Assembly: GCF_000315625.1 (NCBI RefSeq)
Contig: NW_005434607.1
Location: 1 to 64,000 of the forward strand
Direction of reading: 5' to 3'
DNA length: 64,000 bases
DNA from: Guillardia theta CCMP2712
Lineage: Eukaryota > Protista > Cryptophyta
Shown: piece by piece, positions 10,251-21,793 of the stretch
How positions within the stretch are numbered: position 1 is the first letter of the stretch
Layout of the letters: each line of letters opens with the position of its first letter
Position numbers and translations under genes: made by a program
The notes under the pieces: generated by a model
Databases searched by the model: none
Seen by the model: the letters and a program-made list of their open reading frames with translations, nothing else
Told to the model about the DNA's origin: nothing

Positions 10251-11527
10251 GTCATCATCGCGTCTACCGGCCGCTGACAGCATCTGGTCACAGAGTTCGA
10301 CAGACAGGCCACGGAAGCTTTGCATGAGGCATCTCTTAACGCTCAAACTCTCATTCCCCTTCTCAGTTATCGCCCGGCACCTGACGACTCCGTATCAGAG
10401 GCATGTCACCGTATCCTGCCTCCTCCCTCACCAGTCCTCGAACCCTGTGGCAAGGGAAGGAGCAGCTCCGTAGTTCATCAGCTCCTGCTCAGTCTCATCA
10501 CATGCAGCACAGCGAGCGCAAGCACTACCTCCTCCGTCGGATCCATGTATTTCTTTCCCACCTTGCTCCACACGTTTCCTTTCTTGTCTGTTCCCGGCGC
10601 TGTAGACACAACCCTCCCTCCCTGGTCAACCAGCACGACTCTTGTCTCCCCGCGGAACATCAGCTGAAGGTATACAGACGACACCACCCGCTCCTCCTGC
10701 ACAGCCGCACCCTCTTCACTCTCACCCTGCTCCTCCTTGTCCTGCATGACACCCTGTGCCTCTCCTCCCGCCGCGTCCTCGGGACTCTCCTGCTCACTTC
10801 CCTCCGACATGCTCTCGGAGTTTTCATCGTACAACCCTTCCACAGAGAAGACCTCGTCGTCACTGACTCCTGCTGCCTCCTCCTCTGCATTCTCTGCTTG
10901 TGTGCTCAGGGTCCGTTCGGTGAAGTCTAACCTGACCAGCCGGGCGAAAGGAACGAGCTCGACACGAGTGAGGTAAAGATCCCTGAGGCTCTCCTGCATC
11001 AACGTCGAGAAGGCGGAGGATTGCACATGACGAGGCTCCTCGCTCGAGACTGCTATCCTTCCATACTTCGGGTGCCAGTTCAACAGCAGGTAGACACTCT
11101 CTCCAACCCCCTCGGCCCTGCCCTCCTCTGCGCTCCCCTCTCTGAGGAAGCGCAAGGCGACCTGAGTTTGACTTGTTTGGAATGCTTTGTCAAACTTGAT
11201 CGGCAAGCACTCTCGCACATCCTCGCACAGTGCAAACAAGGTCGTGTAGTCGATGGGCTGGGAAGCAACCCGTTCCTTGGAAACCCCTTGGGACGTCGCT
11301 TGCATACTCAAACTCGATGCACCCGCCATGTACTGATCGGAGGAGAAGGAAGCATGAACTCTTCGTTGCATGCTCTTCGCAGTACCTACAGAACCAATAC
11401 GAGACCTGCAGGCATGCATGGAGTGTAGGGCCGCTTTGGAGAGGAACGGCAGCTTGCTCGGTGCGAGAAAGCCGGTGGAGGAGGGAATCGAAATGCAGAG
11501 AAACATGAGAAGACTAGCACACAGCAT
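9780..11527 (-). CDS. NFACT-N / FbpA (RqcH-like) N-terminal domain protein, probably plastid-targeted
   Basis: ATG 11527: signal-peptide-like MLCASLLMFLCISIPSSTG then FLAP and a Ser/Arg-rich transit-like region; QPIDYTTLFAL, LLLNWHPKYGRI, RLVRLDF, VYLQLM...VVLVD; later exon RCLMQSFRGLSVELCDQML (H2TH-like). 3' end uncertain. Confidence 0.65.
9983..10260. repeat. (CAT)n microsatellite containing an assembly gap
   Basis: Direct reading; probably intronic. Confidence 0.95.
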
Positions 11528-12922
11528 GGATGACCGACTTCTGCTTTTTCCTCTTTCGCCCTCTCCCTCTCGCTCCCTCCCTCTTTCTCTCTCCCTCTTT
11601 CTCTCTCCCTCTTCCTCTCTTCCTCTTCCCCTTCCTCTTCCTCTTCCCCTTCCTCTTCCTCTTCCTCTTCCTCTTCCTCCTCCTCTTCCCTCTACAGATG
11701 CGATCGCTCTTTGCAAGTCCGCAGGACAATGTCCTGCCAAATTTCTTTAAAACGGATTCGCAGAATCCCAACCGCCTCAGAGGAGATAGGGAACTCATCG
11801 CCCTCATTCACTCACCTCGAAGTCACCGTCGCACAGATCGGACTCTACACGACCACCAACCCCCCCCCAGGAAAGTCTCGCTCACTCAGTACCCCCTACC
11901 CTCCCTGATACTACCCCACCTTCTTCCCGAGTTGAGCACTACCATGGATATCAACCAGCCGAGGCTCCCTTGAAGCCTGGCTAGTACCCCCCTCTTCTCC
12001 CTACTTGTCGTCTATTGCACTGGGATACCTGGTCAGCCTCGGATATTTCACTAGGGACCCTAGCAAAAGTACCCCCCACATCCCCTCAGAGTACCCCTGT
12101 CTCCCTCACTGCAAGCCAGCGGTCCGAGTCGGGGTTCCCGGACTGCGGAGCTGATTATTTTAAAAAATTGAGAGAAGGGGAGGGGGTAGGGTCATTTGAG
12201 TACCTGGTACTTTTCGGACGATGTTGATTATTAAAGGGTGGGTGGGGTACTCGAATGATCAGGTGTATCAGGGAATGACCGGGCCCAAGAAACTTCGGGT
12301 CAGGACGGGGGTGGTGGAACTTCCGAAACATACGGAGAAGAGTAGGGTGGGTGACGTGGAGTGGGGGTGAATTTACCTGCGTCTGAAGGGAGAGAGAGTG
12401 GGTGGGTACTTGATTCCAGGGCTACGGCTACCGGTAGGGGGGGTGGTAAAGTGGGCGGAAATGGTACTGGTAGTAACCTGAGCTTGCATTTTTGTCATCA
12501 GTAGTGTCGGGTGGAAAAACAGACATAGGGTGGGTGGTACATGAATCTCCGAAAGGTAGGGATGTTTTCATTATCAGAATCCCAGTCACAAGTGGGGTGG
12601 GTAGAAAAGGACCAGGGTAGTCCTGCAATGGCAGGGGTGGAGTGGTCAGAGGGGTTGCCTGCGACGCGAGACAAACATGCGGAGAAAGAGCGGAGGAGGA
12701 GGAGGAGGAGAAGTAGAGGCGGGGTAGGGAGGACGCCAGGAAGCGGACAAGAGAGAGGCAGAGCACAAGGAGCAAGAACCAGACCGCGCTAAGAACAATA
12801 GGAAGGCACTGGAGAACAGTCGCTGAGCTGTCATGCAGGCAGCAAAGAACAGTAAGGAGGAGAGTGTTTCCTCTACGAAGATCGAAGCAGCAGACTCGTG
12901 AACGTTTTGGCAAGTTAGGAAA

Positions 12923-14717
12923 ATGTCCATCAACCATGCAAAAGGGATAGGCAGAAGACCCCGTGCGTGTTGACAATGAAAATATAGAGAGCGATGAAAG
13001 ATCTCTGCAGAGGATGAGCCATCACCACAAGCATGGGTTTGCAGACACGATTGAGGAGATTGATCAGACAGCGGAAGTTAGTCGGTTGCATATCCAGTTA
13101 ACAAGGGAAAGGCAGGAAGGGAATGCAGAGAAGAGAGAAGAAACGTGATGAGAGAGACGTTGGTATGATATGTGCGAATGTCAGCAAACCCAGTCTTTGC
13201 AGTGAATCATTGATTCGCAGAGACCAGTAGTCAATTGAGCAAGAAGAAGATTAATACAGCTCCTGCATGACCATGAGCGGAGAGAGAGGGAGTTTGCTTG
13301 CTGATAGTCTGAAACTTTGAAACAGTCAAGTCCGTCCACCGATCGCTCTGGTCGAGAAAATTGGAATATCTGTAAAGGAAGTTTAAGGATGCGATCGTTT
13401 ACTCGCTGATCTCGCTCTCTGTCGGAAACTGGGAACAAACATTTTGAAAGCATGGACATTCTGAATTTCGGCAAGGTGTTCAACCACGGGGACATAGAAA
13501 AGAAGGTCCGCCTGATCCTAACGCTCCTCCAAACCCTGAATGCACTTGTGTTTGAACAGCAGGAAGAGACTGACCACGACGGCAACCATGACAACCCACT
13601 CATGTCTTGGATCCTGCAGTCAGTCGTGAGTCCTCTGAAAGGGAGCTCCAACGTGAGTTGTTGATCTCTCCAGCATCTCCGGTGCTGATAGAGAGCCTGA
13701 CAGGGGGACGTTGTCGAGAGCAGCAGCCGTCAACAGATGGGGGGCGAAAACTCCAAGAGGTGATAGTCACATGTCTGTTGAAGAGATCCAACCGTGACTT
13801 GTCGATTGCAGTAAACCTCCACCAGAGCAGCGGGAGGCTGAGGACAAGCATGCCTCCTCTGACGGCGACATCAACACGTTTGTTGCTGGGTTCTGGGACT
13901 CCCTCAGCAGCTGGCCCAAGGCATCGGAGGAGGTGGATGCAGCGAAGGCGCCTGGGGCTGAGCCTGGTGAAACTTGTGACTCGCGGTCGCTCGTCGACAA
14001 GAAAGCTGGTGGTCAAGATATGGACCATGGAGCCTCAACAGAGAGATCTCGTCGTCAAGACGCTCATGGCAGCACTCGGAGTCCCTCAACCATGGACTTG
14101 CAAACCCCTCTGCACCTCAACGGAAAAGTGTCAGAGCTCGTAAGCAGAAAGGATTCGCCTCTGAAACATCTCACTACAAATCCACCGTTGGATCTGAACA
14201 AGAACATGATAGTTGCTGGTCCTCCCAAACAAAGTCAGGGTCATGTCAACCAGAGCCAGGCTCATCCCATGCAGAGTCATATCAGCAATGGCCAGGGTCA
14301 TGTCAACAACGGTCAACTGAAGCACGGGAGTATAGACCTGGCAGCGGTTACTCGGACCAACAGCTCGAGCAGCACGTTCATGAGCCCCAAGAGCAAGAAC
14401 ATCTACGTGTCCGACAGGCCGACGGTGCGTGTGCAGGACCCTCACTTGCAGGACATCAACATCTACGAGAGAACCCACATGCCCAACAAGGGCGGCAGCT
14501 TCCCCGCGCCTCTGCTCCTCACTCCCCCGAAGTCAGATAAGAAAATGTCCTCTTCCCCGCGATCAACTCCGCGGGTGCTGCAGGTCAAAGTCTTGACGCC
14601 TGTCGGGAAAGACAAGGGTGATCTGCAGAAGACAGTCTGAGGTGTCGAGGGCCGAGGAGCGCTGGACGGAGACTGCAAGCAAGGGAAGGGCAGCAAACAA
14701 AGATGTCATGAGTCTTG
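12923..14717 (+). CDS. Uncharacterised multi-exon protein with a Ser/Pro-rich disordered C-terminal half
   Basis: ORFs 13452..13664 and 13933..14640 with short GT-AG gaps; no recognisable domain; boundaries approximate. Confidence 0.5.
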
Positions 14718-14913
14718 AGATTTCAATCGGTTCCCATGCGCTGACATGCCTGCTGTGCTGCCCCCGGTGGTCTGCGAGAGATTATGTACTATAATGAAAA
14801 GCGGATCGATGGACGCGGGAGTGCAAGGTATCGCACGGAAGGAACAATGACAAGGACTTCATTGTCTCTCAAGTCATGAAACATCAATGACATGTACACA
14901 TCACATCACTGCA

Positions 14914-17900
14914 TTATCTCGCAAGCCCCTTGCCTGGCGTCCCAACGTTCCTCTTCTGTGATCGCACGTCAAGGGGTGCACAACATCTCAGGGGCGATAC
15001 CTTGAGAGAAATCTGCCAGATTTTCCACTCCTTCCACTTGAGGAACTTGCTCTCGAGCTTCGCCTCGATCTCTTGCGCATGCAGCGTCTTGAAGCAGTAC
15101 GGCATCCTCTCCGTTATCACCCTGCCCCTCGTCAGCCCCCAGCAGCGCCCCCGCCTGTCCTCACCTGAACTCGAAGGTCGCCAGATCAGACGCTCCCCAG
15201 CTGTAAATCTCGTCGAAGGTATAAAACGCAATCTCCTCCTCGAAACCCTGATACCCCGTAAGTGCGTGCGGTGACGGTGGTGAGTATGGGGTGGGGGGTT
15301 GGGGAACGAAGAGGAGGAGGAGGAGTTGGAGATGGTTATGGCAGTGGAGGTAGTGAATGGTTATGGTAGTGGAGGTAGTGAAGATGTTGGATGACAAGCA
15401 GGAGCAAGAGGAGAAGCAGTTGGGTTGGAGGAGATCTCCTTCAAGGAAAGGCAGAGGAGCCTCACCGGGTCGTACAGTCCGAGCTTCACCAGTCGCAGGC
15501 CTGTGCTCATCACCCCGAGGAGCAGCTCCCTTGAGAGGTCCAACCTGGAGGGAGGAATGAGACGATGGCTGAGCCTGCTGCCGTCCCTCCTCCTCTCTCA
15601 CCTCACGGTCTGTTCTACGTGGTAGTACGGGAAGTCCCTTTGAGACATCGCCTGCCGATAGCATGCGGCCCACTCGCGCAGCTGGGTCAGGCCCTCCGGA
15701 GTCTGACGAGTCACTCAGTCCCCCGGGCCCCACCGTGCCGGCAGCTACCATCGGATTCATCACTTGCATGCGGAAGATACGCGCTGGGGTGATGACGTCG
15801 AAGCAGCAGGTCTTCTCAGAGTAGTGGAACTGACACCTGCTACTGGCTCACCAACTCCTCCTCCTCCTCCTCCTCCTCCTCCTCCTCCTTCCTCCTCCTC
15901 CTCCTCCTCCTCCTGTGCTCAAAGGCATACTTTACCTTCGGATTGCGAAGAATCCGTCAGGGACAGAAGTCGGGCTTCGGCAGTAGTAGAGCGCAACATT
16001 GTCCAACACGAAATACCTAGTCGCGAGCATGAGAAGCAAACTCAGCACAAGGCAATGAGAGCTCTTGACGGAGGTTAAGGAGAAGAGAGAGACATGGAAG
16101 ACATGAGTTACCTCTTCTGCCACTTCTTCAGCTTCTTCGACTGCTTCAGGAGCCATCCTTCCTTGAGCACCTCCAGTGGAGGATCCGGATCGAGGGTGAC
16201 TGACAGGAGGATGTCAGTCTATATTCGTCCTCCCCAGCTGTACCTCCACCTGGTTGGACAGCCCCTTCTCTCTCCCCCTTGGACTCCTTCTTCTGGCTCG
16301 TGGGGGTTCTGTCAAGCACAAGGATCACAGCAGGAGAGTGAGGTCCTAGGGCAGACCCGCGGGCTTGAGAGGAGAGGCTATCTCTATCGTGACCGTATCC
16401 CCCGACCGAGACTGCGATCTTGTTGTCCATGTCCTCCTGCTCCTCTTCCTGCTTGGCCTGCCATTGGTTGAGCACGAGGGAGGGGCGGCAGAGGACGGGG
16501 AACCTTGGCCTTGGCAGCGGCTTCTGTCTCTAGTCGCTCGATCTCTTGCCTCATGGCCGCTGCCTGGGCTTCAGCTTCCTGCATTTCACTCTCTTCGATG
16601 CTCCTGCAGCTGCGTCAGGCTCCTCGTCGGGCGCAGGAGCCTCAGGTCGCTCACTCTCTCTCTGCCGCCTTGTTCCGCTCCTGCTGCACATCGTTGTCCA
16701 TCGCCTCCTTCGCTTTCATCATCTCCGCCTTGAGCTTCTCCAGCGCCTCCATCTCAGCCGACGCCGACCCGGCCCTGCCCATCCTTTCAGTCTCTCACAA
16801 GCCTCGCAGACTCCAGCATACCTCGAGTACGACTGTTGCGCTCGCTCGATGGCGGCGAAACCGTCGGAAATCTTCCCTTCCTTGAGGCACTGAGCCGCTT
16901 TCTGATACGCAGCGTCTCCCTGGTTCTTCAACGTTTGCCTGCCGCACTGTCACGAAGCTACTCGGCTACTTCCTCTGCTTCGTCGACCTGAACTCGATGT
17001 ACTGGATCCTGATGAGCACCTGACGCCCTCCACGTCATCGCAGGCCCCAGCATCTTCCTTCCGCTCTCCTCACCTTGTGCGCCCTCATGTTCCTGTCGTC
17101 GTCGGTGATCCCAGCGCGCTCGTAAAAAGCCTTTGCCCTAGCAGCTCTGCGTCAGCTGGACAGGATCGCAGCTCGCATGCTCACTTCTGGATCGCCGTCT
17201 GAGCCGTCTTGATGTCATCATCCACCAGTGCAGCCTCAGCACGCTCAAGTTCCTCGTCTCCTTCCTCAGTTGCCGTCTTCTTCTCCCTCGCCTGTGCTCT
17301 CCTGCCTCAGAAAGGCAGCGCCTCCCAGACTCCCCTCACCTCCTTGATGATCTGCCTTAGAGCTTCGACTTCGAGCTTCTTGGCCGACAGACCAATCTGA
17401 GAGTCGTCTCCTCGTCAGCCTCTCCTCCCCATCTAGCGGCAGGCAGACCTTCTCATAGAGATCGCTGGCTGACTCCAGGCACTCCGTTGCGAGATCGAGG
17501 TCTCCCGACTCAACACAGACTTTCACTTCCTCACAGAGGATGTCTGCTTGCTTCTCAACGCCTTCCTTCTCCTTCACTGCTCTCTCTGCACGCTCTCTTT
17601 CATCCTATCAGCTCCAGTCAGGAAGCTGAGGTCAACAGAGTTCAGTACCCTTGCAAGTCTCAATCGTTCTTCTTCCTCTTGCTTCTTCTTCTTCTCTTCC
17701 TCCTCCTTGGCGAATTGAATTCGCAGTTTCTGCACATACTTGTTCATGTACATGGCCCGACGCAGCTTCGCCTGCATGAGGAGAGAAAATTCCCGACGAC
17801 TGAAGAAGTTCTTTCGATCGAAGTATCGACTGACGTGACCGTTCAAACAAGGTTCGAGAGCAAGAATAAAGTTTTGACCTGATGGCCGCCTGTGAGAAAG

Positions 17901-20547
17901 TTGTGGCCTTTCGCATCTTGTGCATGTATCGATAAGCGCAGCTGGTCTGCGGCAGCAACAAGACGTCAGTCCTTGGAAGCTTTTCTGTCTGCGATGCACC
18001 TTGGCATGCTCAACAAGGGTTCGAATGGCAGCGACTTTCAAACGGAACTGGTTCAACGCTGACCACCTGGCAAGGGATATGAGGACCATGAACATGGTGA
18101 GCTCTTGAAGCAAAGGGTGTGAGACTGACATCCTGAAAGTCTTCTGGATCATCACGCAGCTCGTTCCCCACTTCTGATACTTGCTCCTCGTCAAGTATGC
18201 TTTCACGTGCGCCTGGGTCAAGAAGTCACCTGACCCTCTTGACTCATCATGACACCGAGCATCACCTTGAGCAGCAGACGGCAGTGCAGCTTGAACACTT
18301 TGTACTTCTCCTCGATGATAGACGAGGCGTGATCGCGCAGGAACACCTTCGACGTTCCGATCCGCCACATCTCAGGATCCTTGAGGAAGAACTGCCAAGA
18401 TGCGGTCGTCACCCTCAAGGACTCTTGGAATCTCCAGCAGGTACCTCAAGGATCTTGGTGTGATCGTAGGATGAGTTGCGACACCGGGCCGAGCTCACGT
18501 AGACCTCCCCGTAGCGGCTCACAAAATCTGCAAACGTGTAGGAGACCGGCCAGCCAGCTCTCCTAGCCCTCACAGTCTCGGTGACCCCTACAAGTCCGTC
18601 ATGAAGGGCCTTGAGCTGAGCAGCCACGCAAGGAGGCAGACAATAGACTCACCAGAGCATCTCAGCTGACGGATGACGTTGGGTGCCTCGAAGCAATGGG
18701 ACTGACGCACAGCATTAGGCTGGACTGAGTGAGTTGGTCTCGGCTACCTTTCTATCGTTGTTGGGTTTGACGCATCGAACGTAGTGAGCTTTTCCACTTT
18801 CGATCAGGCTCACGAGTTCCTGAAGCTGTTGCTTGAACTGGAATCCAAGAGAGCGCTTGTCCTGTTGCCGCTGCTTGGCAGAGGCCGCGCTCCTCGCTCC
18901 GGTTGTTCTTGTTGTTCCTCCTCCGACCCGTCGACCTCCGATCATTCTTCCTGCCGAAGCAGAGTCCTACAAAGAAGTGAGAATCACTGAGAACCGATGT
19001 CAACAAGTTATCACCTTGTCCGTATCATCCGCGTTGGACTCTTGCATGATGGTGCGGATCAGAGCGTGCTGGGAGCTTTTCAAAACAGTCTTGAGGCTTT
19101 CATTGATGGTATCGCGGTTCTTCTCCAGGAAAAGTGTCACGGTGTACTCCACCTCTCCAGCAAAGTGGCTGATCACGAATGCTTCTTTTGAGCTCTGGAC
19201 TCGTGCAGATCCATACTTGGAATGAGCGTTCGAGGTCTGCAAGCCTTCCTTCAAGTGAGGATCCGAGGAGGATCCTCCAGGTTTCAGATGTGTATGGCTC
19301 TTGTGGAGATCCATCAGCTTAGATAGAAATCCTTCTTCGGATCCCTTAGGCACATTGCATTCATCATCAATCAGCGCAAAGATTCCCATCTTGGACTCGA
19401 GCAAGTCAACACACGGGGAGTTGTCTTCGAAGGGGATAGCATCGACCTTCACGCCCTCCTTCTCGTATTGGGCCATCATCGAGTGCAACATTTGATTGAT
19501 GAACTGCTGCTGCAGGGTCTCATTCGCATAATTGATACAGAGCTGTTCGAAAGAATTGTATTCGAACACTTCGAAACCAAAGATGTCCAGCACCCCGATG
19601 AAGTGACTCTCAACTTTGCGCTTCTCGTTCTCGCTCAAATGAGAGAAGACGTCCGAGGAGCTCAGGCAAGTATTCACACACCCAACAAGCCAAGCGAACA
19701 GCTTCTCGTAGATCACCTTGCAAAGTGCATCGCGGGATGCTGCGGCAGATTCTGCTTTCTGAGGAACCTGGATCGGATTGGTTTCCCCGGTCACTTTGAC
19801 CATGCTGTGTGTAAGACAATTCTCAAGTACAGAGGCATCACATGATAGTAAATCTGCAGTGAAGGATAGAATGTCTCCATTGGATACCTTGGAGCCGTCC
19901 GCTGAGGTTTTGTTCTCTACACTCTCAAACTGGATATTCCCAAGGTGAAGGATAGCAGCCAAGACTTCCCAAATTTGCCGTTGCGTCACTTCTTCGATCT
20001 GCATCTGCGTCATGGATTGCTGCACTCGATCGAACTCCACAACTTCATCGCAGAGGGGTTTACCATCCGTATCGAGCAGCTGATAAACCCCACTCTGATT
20101 GAGATAGTGAAAGTTCTCTGGACCAGCAAGGTGGAGTTTATCCCTCAGTTCACCAGTCAATCCCGCACAGATTTGATAGAACACGTGATAATTCCTCTCC
20201 CCCTTGTGCTGTGACACAACCCGAGCCTTCTCGAGAAGGTAATGTCGTACGCGACCACCACATATCGTGTGGTCAGGGCTGAAGAGAATTTGAATGAATT
20301 TTCCAAAACGAGAGGAGTTTTCGTTGCGGACTGTCTTTGCGTTCCCAAACGCTTCGAGAAGAGGGTTGCTCTCGATGATTTGGTTCTGAACTTGACGAGT
20401 CTGGAAGAAGGGGTTTAGTTTGTTCCCTCCTCCCTTGAACGACGATTCCTTCGATGTGGTGGCGGCCTGAACCACGAGCTTGGCCACTTCGGTCTTTCCA
20501 GCCCCGCTCTCACCGGAGCACAGGATCGACTGGCAGACATTCTTACT
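14914..20547 (-). CDS. Myosin heavy chain with IQ motifs, helical/coiled-coil tail and PH domain
   Basis: P-loop QSILCSGESGAGKTE (~20535-20488), LEAFGNAKTVRNENSSRFGKF, YLLEKARVV, switch II LDIFGFE, NSFEQLCINYANE, HYVRCVKPN, IRQLRCSG, IGTSKVFLR; IQ-like IQKTFR; PH domain VLKEGWLLKQSKKLKKWQKR/YFVLDNVALYY (~16190-15940). 5' end unresolved. Confidence 0.92.
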
Positions 20548-20704
20548 TTACTCAAAGTATTCATTCACACGGTGCGGCCGGGCCGCGCCCCGGGCGGCCG
20601 CCGGCGGCGCCCGGCCAGAAATAAACTTTGAAGTTTCAAAGTTTGAAATGTCACATAACTTTAAAGTCCAAAGTTGAAGGGAAGGACAGGTGTCGGGTAC
20701 CACC

Positions 20705-21671
20705 ATGTCGGGGGAGGCAGCGTCGATGCTGCCAAGGCTGAAGGCGGCGATAAACGGAGGAGACATGGATGGAGCGAAGAAGCTGATGGTACAGCTCAAG
20801 GTGAGTCAATGGGATGTCATGCTGTTGAGACTTTGAGATGTTCGGATGCCGTCCAAGCCTGATGCATGAATTCAGATTCTCATGACTTCGTTCAAGTCCA
20901 CCCCGGGTGTGGTTGCAGCGAATGAGGCGAATGTACAGGAGTTGATGATCGTTCGTGAATTCTATGAGCTTGGGTGTCTAGTGTCAGCCCAGTCCGAGGA
21001 TATTGAAGGGTTTGAAAGGCATTTTGCAGTCGTGAAGAGCTGCTACACAGATTACGCTGGAGTGCTACCGCAATCAGAAAAACAATATGAGTTGCAAGGA
21101 CTGAATTTGTTATGTTTACTAGCTCAAAGTAAGATTGCTGAATTCCACACTGAGCTGGAGTTGATTCCTGTGAGTGGACATCGCGCGATCAATCTACTGT
21201 GTCTGACGTGTTCTTCAGGTGGACGTTTGGGAGAACCCGTTCATCAAGTTTCCGATCAATTTAGAGCAGTATCTGATGGAAGGAAGCTATCAAAAAGTTC
21301 TGGAGTCTCCGGGTGGCGTACCTTCCAAGTCATATTCATATTTCGTGCGATTGCTTTCAGGGACAGTCCGCGACTCGATAGCGGAGAGCAGTGAAGCTGC
21401 TTATGATTGGATGCCCATTGCCCAGGCCCTCAAGATGCTCAGCATGGGCTCTGCCAAGGATCTTTCTGATTACGTAGTATCGAAACAGAGGGAATGGGAG
21501 GTGGATGTGAATGCCAATGTGGTCAGATTCCGGGAGGATCAGAAGGTCGATCTTGAGGTGAGGACAATCGTGGGTGGAGTCTAGTTCTGATTTGTTCGGT
21601 ACCAGGTTCCTAGCCAAAGACTGATTGTAGAGACGCTCTCGTACGCTAAAGAGCTTGAACGCATAGTTTAA
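20705..21671 (+). CDS. RPN12: 26S proteasome regulatory subunit Rpn12 (PSMD8)
   Basis: Four exons; GLNLLCLLAQSKIAEFHTELELIP, LEQYLMEGSYQKV, terminal TLSYAKELERIV* (TAA 21669-21671). Confidence 0.95.
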
Positions 21672-21793
21672 ATCTTGAGAAACGATTACTGGACAGATGT
21701 GTGTCTACTTTACTGTGTGTCCCTAACCCAATTAGTTCCCTGCTCGATCCTTATGATGTACCAGAAGCTATGCAGCTCTGACTTTGACTTGCT

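Noticed and set aside
9779-10346. Poly-Met, poly-Ile and poly-Asp ORFs
   Set aside because: Translations of a (CAT)n microsatellite.
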